In this document: piece by piece, positions 40,487-53,888 of the stretch
Layout: every line of letters begins with the position of its first letter
How positions within the stretch are numbered: the stretch's first letter is position 1
From: Amoebidium appalachense
Lineage: Eukaryota > Protista > Ichthyosporea
Direction of reading: 5' to 3'
DNA: 64,000 nt
Assembly: GCA_963693365.1 (NCBI GenBank)
Contig: CAVNZM010000004.1
Span: 7,539,093 to 7,603,092 of the forward strand
Translations under genes and position numbers: made by a program
The notes under the pieces: model-generated
The model's input: the letters and a program-made list of their open reading frames with translations, nothing else
What the model was told of the DNA's origin: nothing
Databases searched by the model: none

Positions 40487-40627
40487 CTACACACACACTG
40501 ATACACTTTGGTTTTAATACAGGCGAGAGACGCACAAGCACGATAGTAAGAGTGCACAAGGCGCAAGTCTAGCAAACTTGCACTATACCGGCACATGCAC
40601 CCTCGCTGTGCATGCGTACACGATCAC

Positions 40628-40667
<40 letters not shown>

Positions 40668-40916
40668 CACAGTATAGCATTCTGCCTTTCAACTAATTTA
40701 TGCTATGCTTACCATGCAAATATGTTATCATTTACACATATGCACGAGGCCATGCACTCATTATATCCTTTGCATACACACAGTGTCCCCTTTCTTTTCC
40801 TATATGTGTGTTGTAAGTGATTCTGACCATGCGTGCCTGCCGTTTGGTGTGCTTTTGTAATGCCTTCTTGCGTGCATGCACATGTGCGGTGTGTGTGTGT
40901 GTAGCAGGTTTGCTTT

Positions 40917-40951
<35 letters not shown>

Positions 40952-41663
40952 TGTGTGTATGGTGATATGGTGTTCGTGGTTTAAAGACTCTATATTGCTC
41001 TGTGCACATAGTAGAATCTTTGTGTGCATATGTGCTCTTCGACCACGCAACCCCCCTCCCCCCCTCCCCCTTCCCCCCACCCTCCCCCCACGCAATAGCC
41101 TCATGGGCTGCCCCCCCCCCCCCCCCCCCCCCCCCCTACACCCCCTCCGCATGCTGGATCTCTTAATCCCGCCCGCTTAAAAGGACTATTTTATGTCGGA
41201 TTGACCAACTTTGCTGCTTCTAACAGCCCCCCCCCCCCCCTTCCCCCCCAAACACACACACACACACACTCACTCACACTCACACTCACACTCACACACA
41301 CTCACACACACACCTTCCCCGCCCCTCTCCCCCGCCCCTCTCCCCCCCCCCCTCTCCCTTTCCCCCTTCGCTTCCCACTGCAATCTCCACCCCAAAAACC
41401 ACACACGTGTAACACAGATTGCGCACTGCACGGCGAGCCACCTCCCGCACTCGGCCATTTACGTGCGCGGTGACGACATGCCGAACTTTCCCGCACGTGA
41501 GGTTGTTGAGAAGTACATGCACGTGCTGCTGCTCCCATACACGCAGGGCGTGAGCAGCACCCTAATTAGGAAGGAGCTACTGACGACAAACGACGGGCTG
41601 ACCCGGCTCGGAATGAGGGAGAGGGAGGTGTTTAGGATGCTGGGAATCGCTGCTGTGTCGTGA
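38669..41663 (+). CDS. Single-domain cytidylyltransferase, TagD/glycerol-3-phosphate cytidylyltransferase-like (~191 aa, 2 exons)
   Basis: Exon 1 38669-38998 has TIGCFDLAHEGH (HxGH) and VVGVHDD. Phase-0 GT-AG intron. Exon 2 41418-41663 has YVRGDD and PYTQGVSSTLIR (RTxGISST-type motif). Confidence 0.85.
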
Positions 41664-41679
41664 TGCGACCAATCACAGG

Positions 41680-41710
<31 letters not shown>

Positions 41711-42837
41711 GTTGTTGTTTGGGGGGAGGGGGGGGGGGGGGGGAATAGTGTTTGTGTGTGTGTTTGTGTTAAAGGGGGAAGGGGGGGGGGGGGGGGGGGG
41801 CTTTGCGGGTGAGGATTTTTATACGCAAATATAGTTGAACCTGTATACTAGAACTCCACAAAAATAGGGTGGGATATGGGTTTTTACATGGCTGCTGGAT
41901 TGTTTTTTAACTCGTTCACGATGTGTTTTTAATGACATCTTTATGGCAAAATCTTTACGTCGTTTTTTAACCAACACGCCGTTTTTGAAGGTTGGAACAT
42001 CCCGTAGAGTTGTTATTATGTACAACTAACTTTCCACCCAGCCTCCTCGTTTCCAAGCCATGCACATGCACTCGAACGAACATAACCTCTTGCGCGCGGA
42101 CGCTAGCTACACATCAACATCAAGTGTTACCCAGTTGATTTCTTGTTTTATGCTCTAATGTGTCACTGCACGTGGGTGGGTGTGATGATAATGACATTTT
42201 CATGGGGATACAATATGAAGGCCTAAACAAAAGTTTTTACCCTTTTTGCGTTCTGTTGGTAAAGTGACACACATATACGCCGATGTGAGAGATTTGATAG
42301 GTCGCACCATCTCGAGCGCTCTTCCATATTATTGGCGGATTTGTTCCGCTTAAGGCAACAAGCCTTTGGTTTTGATTGGATGCTTTGACATTGCGGATGA
42401 CTTTAAAGGTTTTGAAGTTTGATGCCATTGGCTGATTTTTGTGCACGTGGCTGGCCATGTGTGAAATGTGGGTGTATACGGTTGGTATGGAATGTATCGA
42501 TGGCCCGGGTGTGTGGGCGCATGTGGACGCCCTAAATAGATGTGACAGGCAAAATGGCATTCACCTCTGCATGTGCTGAGTAAGTGTTGTGCGCCCTTTG
42601 CCTCATTGGCAAGACCACCCCCCTCCCCCCTCCACAAACGGATGAGCTCTTACTATTGAGGGATTGAAAGAGAGGGCGGGTGGGGGAGGGGGGGCAGTAG
42701 AGTTGTGTTATTGAGTACGAAGTACACGTTCATAACGGGGAACACAATACAGAGCTCTCGCAAACTACTCATCCCCCCCACCCCGCTCCCCCCCGGGGGG
42801 CATATATATTGCAATCGCACATTCCTTTTTCGACTCA

Positions 42838-42873
<36 letters not shown>

Positions 42874-43351
42874 TCTCCCCCTCCCTCCCGGGGGGCATAT
42901 ATATTGCAAGCATGCCACGTTCTTTTTTCGACTCAGCAAAGTATTTAAATTGATTAAGTTAATTGTTTTAAAAAAATCCTGGCCGGAAAGCCGGAATACT
43001 CGATACATTAGCATACTTCGTGCACGTGCTCCCATGGAATTTCATACGAGAAACATATATGTAGTACTGTCACGCACATGTACAGGTGAAGTAGAAATTC
43101 AGACTCGCATAACTTGTACCTGCACAGCATTGCAATTCGTCAAGCGGGCCACGGAAGTTATGTGTTGTATGTGCATGTGTGCGCATGCACAGTGTGTGTG
43201 CGTGCGTGTGCACCGTTTGTGGGTGTTTGTGTGTGTGTGGTGGGGTGGTGTTGCAACTCTCGCCCAACCGCTCTGGGCTTGTGTTATGCGCACGATTTGG
43301 CAATAGACAATGGCTCTAAACGCAGGGGAGCTCAGGCAGGGGGGCAGGGGC

Positions 43352-43384
<33 letters not shown>

Positions 43385-44297
43385 GGGGGGCACGAGCTGA
43401 CAAACAGGACTTCAGTGTTCAATAATCCCAAATTTTTTATTTATTTTTTATTTAATTTTTTTTTTTTTTTTCTGTTGGCCCGAAATCTTTGTATACGATT
43501 ACAAAAACAAATCATATATGCGGGGAGAACAGAGTAAATAGTAAAGCTGATCCCTACCATGAGTAGGCCAAGTGTATAAAGAACTACACTACCACAGAAA
43601 GTTCCAAAGTGTATACTATTGCCTAAGGGGTGGGCACTCAAATGTAAACTTTCACTGAAGAAGTCTAAATTTAAGTTCGAGGATTCATAAAGTGTCCAGA
43701 GCTGAAATGCCAATGCCCAACGATCATATGGACCAGGAAAGAGTGTTTTTTTTTATTAACGAATTTTATTTAGATCGGGGCATCAGACAGGGCTAGGAAT
43801 GGATATAGAGTACAGATGCCATAGACACAACGAGATAGTCGCTGAGATAGCTTCACAGGATATCCAGCGAGATATACCAAAAACGATTTTTTTTTTTGTT
43901 TTTTAATTTAAAAATTCTACGTATATAAGAGTAAAGTGCATAGAAAAAATCATGCTTTTTGCTAATCAACAAATTGTCAACAAAGAGCATCCGATATGAC
44001 AGCCGCAGCTATCTCCTTCATGGTTGCAACACAAGTGTCTGACATCGTTATTTTCATCGTGTTTGGCCCTAGACTACCCCGGCCCATTTCAACGAACCCC
44101 AGAGGCCACACAGAGCACATGAATATATACTAGTAGTATGAAAAAGCATTCACTGACTACCCAAGAAATCCCTATCCCTACATGCATTGGGTTGTATTTC
44201 GTTCCAGATACGACACCATTAATATACTATTTGATATCTATTTCTAATTTTTGCCCACCTATGAAATTCATGCTTTAGATGCCCAGATTTTTCCCTC

Positions 44298-44407
44298 TTA
44301 GTCTTTAACGTCGACAATCCCGCCGGCTGCGATTGCAAACATGGCCTCAGATTCGGGCAGGCAGGGGCTGTCAAACACCTTGCAGATGCGTGTCTCGGCA
44401 CGGCCTG

Positions 44408-44489
<82 letters not shown>

Positions 44490-44601
44490 GTGTTTTGGGT
44501 TGTACGGGAGAGTTGGTTAGTGTCTGTGTGTGCATGTGCGTATGTGAGTGCTTGTACGTGTGCATTCGTGTGTGCTTGTTTGTGTTCAGAAGGTGGGGGG
44601 T

Positions 44602-44636
<35 letters not shown>

Positions 44637-45539
44637 TTGGTGGCATGCGGAAGTTGCGATTGCAAGCAAGTGTGGACGGAGGGATCAATAAAACACAAAT
44701 GAACAAAACAGTCCAGGAGGCATAGAATGCAGCGGTATTTGCAGAAAGACCGGACCACACCACACACTGACCTTTGCGCAGGTACAGGCGCACAGTTGAC
44801 GCATGAGCCAGGACGTGCCCTGGAGTGAAAAAAAAAAAAGATCAGACATATCCAGTCCCCTCCCCCCCCCCCCCCCGGGGGGGGATCGTCACCCCCCCCC
44901 CCCCCCCTTCACAGAGGGCACCCCCCCCCCCCCCCCCCCCCCCCCCCCCACACACACACGCTACAATCACCACCACCACCATCATCTCAACCCCCCTCCT
45001 CAGGACCTCCTTGCCCTCACATGAGCAAAGTTATTGTACAATCCGACCTGGTAGAATTCTCAATCCGTAAAACGACCCTTACCCGTTTCTCCTTTAAACC
45101 CCCTCCCCACCCCCCTCCCCCTCGGTCCCTACTCCCCCTCAAAACATACACACCCAGACACACACCCACACCCCCATGTAAAGGAAGACGACATAAAACC
45201 TTTTCTTTCAACTTGATCTAGAAAACGAGATGCCGAAAGATCTCGACGTGGTCACGTGCAAGGGGTGTGAGAAAAGAGCAGACATGAGAAACACACCTCC
45301 GATGGGCTTCTTGGGGTCCTGCACGAACGACACACCGGCACCAGGGTCGGCCGTCATCTGCAGAAGAAAGCAATAAAAAATGTCAGTAGTAAGAATTAAA
45401 AAAGAAGTTGCTTGAAATTGCCACCATCTGGGTGGGACTCCTTCACCACCATGACCAAAACCCCTTTCTTTCGATTCCTTCTTTCCCATGGTCTGTGTGC
45501 CTGTGTGGGTGTTTTTAGGGCCAGAGGGAGAGATAAGAG

Positions 45540-45595
<56 letters not shown>

Positions 45596-45857
45596 AGGGG
45601 GGGGGGGGGGGGGGGGGGGGGGAAGGGGGGGATTCTTGGCACTGTGATGCCTTGGAGCGGTTTCATTGTAGCATACAAAGTAGCAGTGGGCTTGTAGTGA
45701 ATGGGTGTGGGATGTTTTCTGAAGGAGGAGGAAAGATCGAGCGGAGGCAAAGAGGGAGAGCAGGCAGGAGGGCCGGGAGGGAGGGGGGGGGGGGGGGGAG
45801 AGGGGCGTGGAGGGGAGGGAGGGTAGGGGGGGGAAGGGGAGCAACGAAGGGAAGGGG

Positions 45858-45924
<67 letters not shown>

Positions 45925-46204
45925 GGGGGAGGGGAAGGGGAGGGGGGGGGATAGTGACCTGGTTTGTGATGACCACAGCCACATTGAATTCCTCGGCCAG
46001 TTTGATAAGACGAGACAGCATCTGGCCCAGCGCCTGTTGCCTGTCAAGACGTCACATGAGTGTGTGATGAATATTGCTGCTAAAGTCATGCACTTGCAAA
46101 GCTGTATCAAGCACGCAAGTATACGTAAATGTAAGTTGGTTGCTTTGGTGGGGGAGTCCGTAAGGAGTGAGAGAGGGGAGGGGGGGGGGGGGGGGGTTGA
46201 ATGT

Positions 46205-46253
<49 letters not shown>

Positions 46254-46413
46254 AGGGGGGGAGGGGGGCGGGGAGGGGGGAGCTGCTGGGGGTTGAAGGG
46301 GGGGTCTGAATGGCAAGCATGAAACTATGTCGCTCGTACCGTCAAGTATTCGAGTGTGCTCCTGTTGTGCAACATACAAATAGGCACACTTTAGACCATC
46401 CCTTTATCTCAAA

Positions 46414-46446
<33 letters not shown>

Positions 46447-46488
46447 CACACAGACACACACAGACATGCACACACGGATAGGCGCGGG

Positions 46489-46539
<51 letters not shown>

Positions 46540-46658
46540 CTTTCTGACAGCTCACCACGTCCACTGTAGTCCACACGGAAGAGGGCCATGATGGAATCAA
46601 CAATCTGCAGTCACCCCTTTAGTTTCTCATCCCCCCTCCCCCCGCCCACTTCCCCTCG

Positions 46659-46689
<31 letters not shown>

Positions 46690-47154
46690 CGGTCGGCTCT
46701 TCGATCTCAATTTACCGATCTATCTCTTTTTCCTGCTGTCGTTGAGGTAGTTTTATTGTCTAAGAACTCATATACTGCATTCTCATTAGTTCCCGCCTGC
46801 AGACTGTAAGCGCGTCCTATCCCCACCTCCAAGCATTCAGATTTGCAATTGGGTAATTCTAACTCCGGCATGAATCTTCCTTGCCTCCCCATGGATCCCT
46901 ATATGCTCCACCATTCGTAAGTGAACGATAAGGTGGTAATGCAAAAGGAAATGTGGGGCTGCAAGAAGCCCACGGATAATCCCCCAAAAAAGTACTTGCG
47001 TCGTTTTTCTTACGATTTCCAGTAGGGGTATATCGGGAATCTCACCAGCAGCTTGAACACACCACGGTCCTCAGCAAACTTGGCCGCGCAGTAGGTGAGT
47101 AGCTCCATCTGGTGCTCACTGCTCGTGTCCATGGATATTTATGCAACAGGGAGG

Positions 47155-47245
<91 letters not shown>

Positions 47246-48296
47246 CGCGCGCGCGCGCGCGTGGTTGGTTGGCCAGGGGCAGGGGGGAGGGGGAAGGGGG
47301 GAGGGGAGGGGGGGGGGGGAGGGGCGGGGGAAGTGGGAAGGGGGGGGGGGGGGGTCATTAGTGGATGTGCATGGGGGCTGTTTGAAGGGGGGGGGGGGGG
47401 GGGGGGGGGGGGCGGAGGGGGGCAGTGACCATCAAAGAGATACGAAGGGAAAGGGGAGGGGGAGGGGGGAGGGGAATGGGGAGGGGGTTTTCGACTATAC
47501 TGCTGTGTGGACTGGAAAAGAAAACGAAACAGACCAATAATGTCAAAAAAATGTTGAACTAGGCTGGGGGATAGGGTAAAGGGGTTAAACTTTACCTGGT
47601 ATGACAGATGGTTTCAAATTCTCAAAGCCCAGCGCAAGTGGATAAGACGCGAGTGAAGATGTGTTTGTGTGTGTGCGTGTGCGTGTCTGTATGTGTGTGT
47701 CTGTAAATCATCTAATTTCTTAGGCTAAGCTGTGCTTTATCTGGATGTATATGTGTATGCGTGTGCTTTTTTCCTGGGGGGGAGGGGAAGGGGGGGGGGG
47801 GGGGGGGGGGGTTTAATGGTGGTGGTGGTGGTGGTGGTGGTTTTGGTGTTGGTGGAAAGGGGGAGCGGAAAGGTTGAGGGGGAGGACCTTGTGTAGGCAC
47901 GGGCATACATGACGTTGTCCAGCACTGCATCCTTGTCCACACCAAACCGCTCGGCAATGGCCACAAGTCTCTCGGGCCGGCTGCAGGACAGTGACCCAGT
48001 TAGGCACAATCCAGAAGTGAATGGAGGCTTCTCTCCATCAATATACCAAAGCTCTTTAGCCTCCGCTGCCCTCTTTACATTTGATCCCCCCCCCCCCCCT
48101 CCCCCCCCCCCCCCCCCCCGCCTCCCTACCTTCGAGCACATATCCAAGCCTTCTTACACAAGAAATACCTGGCTAGAGCCTTGTTAGGCATTTCTGTCCT
48201 ATGCCAGACCACGAGCACAAACTCTACCCAAGTGGGATGGGGGCGAGGAAGGAGCAGGGATGGGGGAGAGAGGGGGGGGGAGGGGGGGGGGGGGGG

Positions 48297-48329
<33 letters not shown>

Positions 48330-49526
48330 GGGGAAGGGGGGGAGGGGGGGGGGGGGAGGGGGTTAGTCTGGGAGACAACGGCTGTAACAAAGTGGAGGGA
48401 AGAAGGGAGATATTTGGGTAAGAAATAGAAAAGGTGGGTCTATCGGTACCACACGTCATCAGCAGACAACACAAACACACACGTGGTCCACTCACAATGT
48501 GCCCTCGGTGTCGATGTAGGCCACCTTGCCCGAAGCCCCTCCCATCTCGGGGGGCAGCTGTGTCGTCACACAGAGAGTGTGGCAGATTTGTGTCTTGCCA
48601 GTACGGAACTCTCCAAATATCTCCGTGATCTGTTGGCTCTCTATGCCCCCACCTGCAGAGACATACAAAGTTTGAATACTGCCTAACCGGCAGTTGAACA
48701 GTCTCGCTACCTTGCAGCTACCTACCAGGACACCTAATACCTGCAGTCGTTGCGATATATGGATGAAAAATGACCACGCTATCTCGTGTTGACCTATGAT
48801 GTCATCAAAGCAATTGTGTCTATGTCTCTGCTCAAACTAATATAACCATCTTGTTTTTGTAAGTTGTTTCCCATATCTTATCTTCTTGCAAGCTAATCAT
48901 GGAATGAATGGGAATGCACTAACGAAGGGAAAACCTGCAAAACAGGAAGATACAACACGTGAAGACGTGTAGATGGAGGAGAGTCAAACAAGCTCACAAG
49001 TGTGGCCATGAGAGCCACAATTCGCTCCAAAAACAAAAAGAATAAAAATGGCATAAAGAAAACAAAACTCCTAAAAACGCGCTACATGCTTCAAAACGAC
49101 TAGTAATCACAAACACATGAGCACAACGATACAACGACTTGCCTTAAAGCAAATCAATTATGCAGTCATCAAACAGTACCGAGATTCAAGAACACAGCAC
49201 AAGGAAAACGAAACAGTGACCAAAATGCACCTCCAAGCAGCTTGTTGAGCTCCTCACTCCCCGTGGAAACTTTGATCACGTTACGACGTCGGACCGACAA
49301 CTCTTGGGCAGTAATGAACCCGGAGCTCTGCACACCGTGCAAGAAAGGTTGTGCTGAACAGGCAGCCACACAAACGAAAACAACGAAACCGTGTCACAGC
49401 AACCCCTCCCTCCCTCCCTCCCCTCCCCCCCTTCCCCTGCAACGATCGAAGTAAACAAGAGTACCTCCTGCCAAACCTTGTTCATGGTAAACACCTTACA
49501 TCAGACATAACAGAAGTCTTCTCCAT

Positions 49527-49566
<40 letters not shown>

Positions 49567-49611
49567 TGCCCGCCCGCCCGCCCGAATGGCCCTGGGCCCC
49601 ACAAAAAAGTT

Positions 49612-49649
<38 letters not shown>

Positions 49650-51055
49650 AAAGAAAAACACAAAAAAGAAAAATGGAGAAGAAGAAAGCGCAAAAAGAAA
49701 AAAAGGAAAATGTCCATTCGATAGCTCAATCAACTATGCCCGAGCAGTTTGTCAGCCCCGTCCCCCCATAATGAAACCAGACGGGCTGCAAACAGTGGAA
49801 CTACGCCCGTCATTGCACTGTTCTGTTCAAGAAACTTTGAAACACTAAACATTAACAGCCTTCTCTGACCGCATCCAGAGGCTAAAAACGTTAAATCTTG
49901 GCTTCCAAGTAAAGCACAACGTAAGCTCAAACCCCCTCCCCCCTCCCCCGTCTTCCTCCCTCCCCCCCCCCCCCCCCCCCGCCCCCTCCCCCCCCCCCGG
50001 GGGTCCCCCCAAAAAAAGAAAAAAAAAAACTTGAATCTTTCGAATGGAAACTAGATAAAAACCACAAAGGGGCAGAACGAAATGAGATCATTTGAAAACA
50101 GGACAACTGGTTATGAAAAAACAAGGGCAAAAACAAAGGTTGGTGCTGCGGGGAGAGGGGGCAGGGGTGGGGGGGGGAGAGGGGAGGGGAACAACCTTCG
50201 AGGGTGGGGGAAAGAGGGTGATGGAGGGGGAGGAGGTTGGAAAGAAAGAAGAAGCCTCTAAGAATATGGCCTAGCCACCGTACTTGCATTTGGCACATAC
50301 AACTTACGCTGAGCTTGCGGGCAGCCTCTCTGATCTTCTCCAGCTTGCCCTCTGATATGCCCTTGATGTTCAGCAGTGCTTTCTTCGTCTGCATTTGCAC
50401 ACCCTGGGGCAACGCAGAAGTTAGCGCCACCTCCATGTAAACATCATGATAGACTAAGATAAACCCCCCCCCCTCCCCCCCCCCCCCCCCCCCCTTCCCC
50501 CGAATGCCTACATTCCCCCACGAAAGAAACCTTTCGCCAGTTCTTTATCTAACCCCCCCCCCCTCCCCCCCCCTCTCTTCGCCCAACGCTCCCATCCCCA
50601 CCCCCCTCCCCACCCAACACCCCCCCCCCCCCTCTCTTGCAAGCTGTCATTATAATTTTACCAGTGTCTTCCCTCCCAGCCTCTCATCTGTCTGCAAGCA
50701 CCTTCCACATACTGTGTGTCCTAAAGAACTTCCAATGGAAAAAGGTGGAGGCATTACTGCAAAACATGTAGATACATGACCCCACGCTGGAACCACGAGC
50801 CCAAGCATGATGCTTCTCCCATTTTGCAAACACATACAAAGCGCCTCCTATCATCCCCTTTTTCTTTGGTTTTAGTCCCTGCTTGCCCTACCCTACTGGC
50901 CCAGTTTCCCTCGACCACTGCAAAAACCTTTCTTGACCCCCCCCCCCCCCCCCACCCTTTCCTTTCTCACACTAAACCACAAGAAAAACACTCCCCGCCC
51001 CCCTCCCCCCCTTGCTCTCTGCCAATTTCCGTTTCTTTCACCTTCTCCCTCCAAC

Positions 51056-51094
<39 letters not shown>

Positions 51095-51686
51095 ACACAC
51101 ACACACCCCTACTCTCTCTAAGCACGACCTCCGTTGTAAGTAATACCAACTTCTCTAAGGCAAACAGCAAGACATACCTTGACTGTAGCGATGCCTGCTG
51201 CCTTGAGCTTGGCTATGTCGGCTGCATTGATGCCATGTTCTTGAAGGAGGTCTATGTCTTGGATGAAGTCCTCCTGTGGCAGTTAAGTGCACGTTAGGCC
51301 AGTTTTGCCATTGTTTTTCGTTGCCTCGATTCAAGACGAAAAGTTTTGCGTGCTCGAGGCTCAAATGAAGAAGCGAGTTGAGTCAAGGGGGAGTGGGAGG
51401 GGGAGGGGAGGAAGGGGGGAAAGGGAGGGAGGGGAGGAGAGGACCGGGGCGGGGGGTGGGGGGGGGGACAGATAATAGCTTCTTGAATCATTCACGAATC
51501 ATTCACTATGCAAGGCGTCATGAAAGACATTTTGAAGAGACAGAGGGAAGCCTCGACAAAACAGCAAGACAAAAGTCAAGAAAAAGCAAGTTCCCAGGAT
51601 TGGTGTTGTACCTCTTCGCCATACTCCATAGCATCATTGATGTCCGAGACCACTTGGTCGTTGGCTGCTTCATCTATGCTTGCCAT
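44298..51686 (-). CDS. DMC1: Meiotic recombinase DMC1 (349 aa, 12 exons)
   Basis: Exons 51686-51612, 51273-51178, 50403-50308, 49327-49231, 48652-48496, 47980-47888, 47118-47046, 46604-46540, 46040-45959, 45357-45297, 44819-44772 and 44404-44298 sum to 1050 nt in frame. Walker A GEFRTGKT, Walker B LLIVDS. DMC1-type segments [29 protein letters not shown] and [24 protein letters not shown]. Confidence 0.95.
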
Positions 51687-52823
51687 TCTGCAGCAGGGGA
51701 GAATGTCAATTTTTGTAGGCATACGCAGGGGAAAGGAAAAGACAGACTGGAAGAAAGACCAGCACACAAATGACAGAGTGAAGCGGAAAGGGAAGCATGT
51801 GATCCCATGTTGATGCAAATGCTGAGGTGACAGAAGAAGAAAAACCTCGCCATTAACAAAAAGGAAACCAAGAAGGAAGCAGCAAGCTTACTGGTTTATC
51901 TTTTTGAGCGATGATTCGAGACTAGGCTTCGGGTCGTTGCTTCTTGTGTTCTCGCTTGTTTCAGCACCCCGGCGAACTTTTATCGTTGAAGCTATGTATA
52001 TAGATCTGGAAGTGCTGCCTTACACTCTCTCACTTGTAATCTCGTGTCCTAATTCCGTTACTAAGTATCCCCTTGCCCTTTACTTTTTAATATGCTACCT
52101 TTTTCCTGAACTAGCTTTTTTGTGCCTAACTAAGGGATAGTGTGTGTAGCGACTCTGCCAGGTTTGCATTCAACTTGAAAGGTTTCACTTGGGCAAAAAA
52201 AAAAGAGCGTTTGCCTGAATTGTGATATCAGGATTCTTCCCGCCATGCATGATTATAAGCGAATCAAAGCGCAGTTCACATGTAAAAAAAGAGCCAATAA
52301 GAAATGCGGCCAGGCTCACGTCACTGAGCCTTCGGGAGATGGGTCACCTCTCCGCCAATAGCCATGACTACGCCAGACTAGTCAGGAATAGCAGTCACGA
52401 CAAGTCAGGAATAGTCAGGGATATCGATAATTTAGTAGGGATTTATAGTGAAACTTGGAGCTGGCTTCCCGACTTAACCAGATTAGTCCGATGTAATCGC
52501 GACCAGTCGCGACTAGTCGTGTCGGGACTATTACGGTCAGTCTGACTGTTCTATTATTATGATGCAATACACATGTACCTACTATAATGCTTGAATGAAC
52601 TAAGCGCAGCTATGTCCGGACTGGTCGGGACTGGTCAGGACTGGTCGGGAGTGCATATGCCATGTGCACGTATTGGTGTGTAGTGGGCACCGGTCCCACA
52701 CTTGAAAACAGAAGCTGGCGTGTCTACTATTTGCTACCCAGCTGCCTCAGCTGGCTGCTTGCTGTTCTACATTAATACATTATCACATTACAACATTAAC
52801 ATTACGTTAGGTGGCCCCCAGCT

Positions 52824-52860
<37 letters not shown>

Positions 52861-52990
52861 TTGTGGGCAAATCATCCAATCTGTTCACAATCGGGTTACT
52901 CGGCTTAGTCTGTAGTAATCTGGTTAATATCTGGCTGTATACTACTAGTAGGGGGTCCATTCAGATAAGTCCGACTACCCAGGTTAGTCT

Positions 52991-53435
52991 TTTTTTTTCT
53001 TTTGACTGGATTTATTCGACGGAAAGATATGCAAGTATGCACGGCATACTGAGAAGACAATAAAAACTTCACGGGTTATCCAGTAACAAGTGTATTAGTA
53101 CTGAGATACACTGTGTGAAAATCATATAAAATACTCAATGTAACGACCAACAGAATTCAACAAAAAGTCTAAAGTGTTCACATTGCCAGCTAGTGTAGCA
53201 GACACCCGTAGGGAAAGAGGTAAAACGCGACATAAAAACTCACACCTATCAACATGCTTGCGATTAAAAAGTTCAGCACAAAGGTGGCACCAGCGGCGAT
53301 GAAAACAAGAATTACAGCGCCACTGCACAACTTCCCAGGCAATATCAACCATCAGAGCACCATACAGACTTATCTACTAGGGTGGTATCCATACGTACAG
53401 CAGGAGAAATGTATCCTGCCAAAGCTCCCAAAAAG
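52991..53435 (-). mobile_element. 445-bp 5'-truncated copy of the 28.9-kb LINE family, 11-bp TSD
   Basis: High identity to 28920-29255 plus 31043-31157. Encodes QWRCNSCFHRRWCHLCAELFNRKHVDRC..NVNTLDFLLN. TSD CAGGTTAGTCT at 52980-52990 and 53436-53446. Confidence 0.9.
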
Positions 53436-53754
53436 CAGGTTAGTCTGCACTATCTGGTATCTGGAAATGTTCCAAGCCTAATCTGAAAAGTCCGATCGTA
53501 ACTATGCAGAATAAACTTGACGAGTCGGACTAAGATCACAAAAATACGGTGTATATACCCGGGGTTTACGCTGTTTACTCGAGGCAAAGAGAACCAGTCT
53601 CAGGTATGGGGGGGGGGTTTTGCTCGGAATATCCCCTCAGCGGTATATCATGATCACGTACATAGATGTCGGGTGGTGACTATATATCAGGGTTTACTTT
53701 CTCTACGAGACACCATAAAGACTACAAGGAGAAATCAATTAGTTGGGGTTCCCC

Positions 53755-53755
<1 letters not shown>

Positions 53756-53797
<42 letters not shown>

Positions 53798-53829
53798 GGG
53801 CTCCCCTCGGGACACTCGGTATCAGCTGG

Positions 53830-53888
<59 letters not shown>

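Noticed and set aside
44298-51686. RAD51 rather than DMC1
   Set aside because: Diagnostic segments ([42 protein letters not shown]) follow DMC1, not RAD51 (SATALYRTD, GGNIIAHAST).
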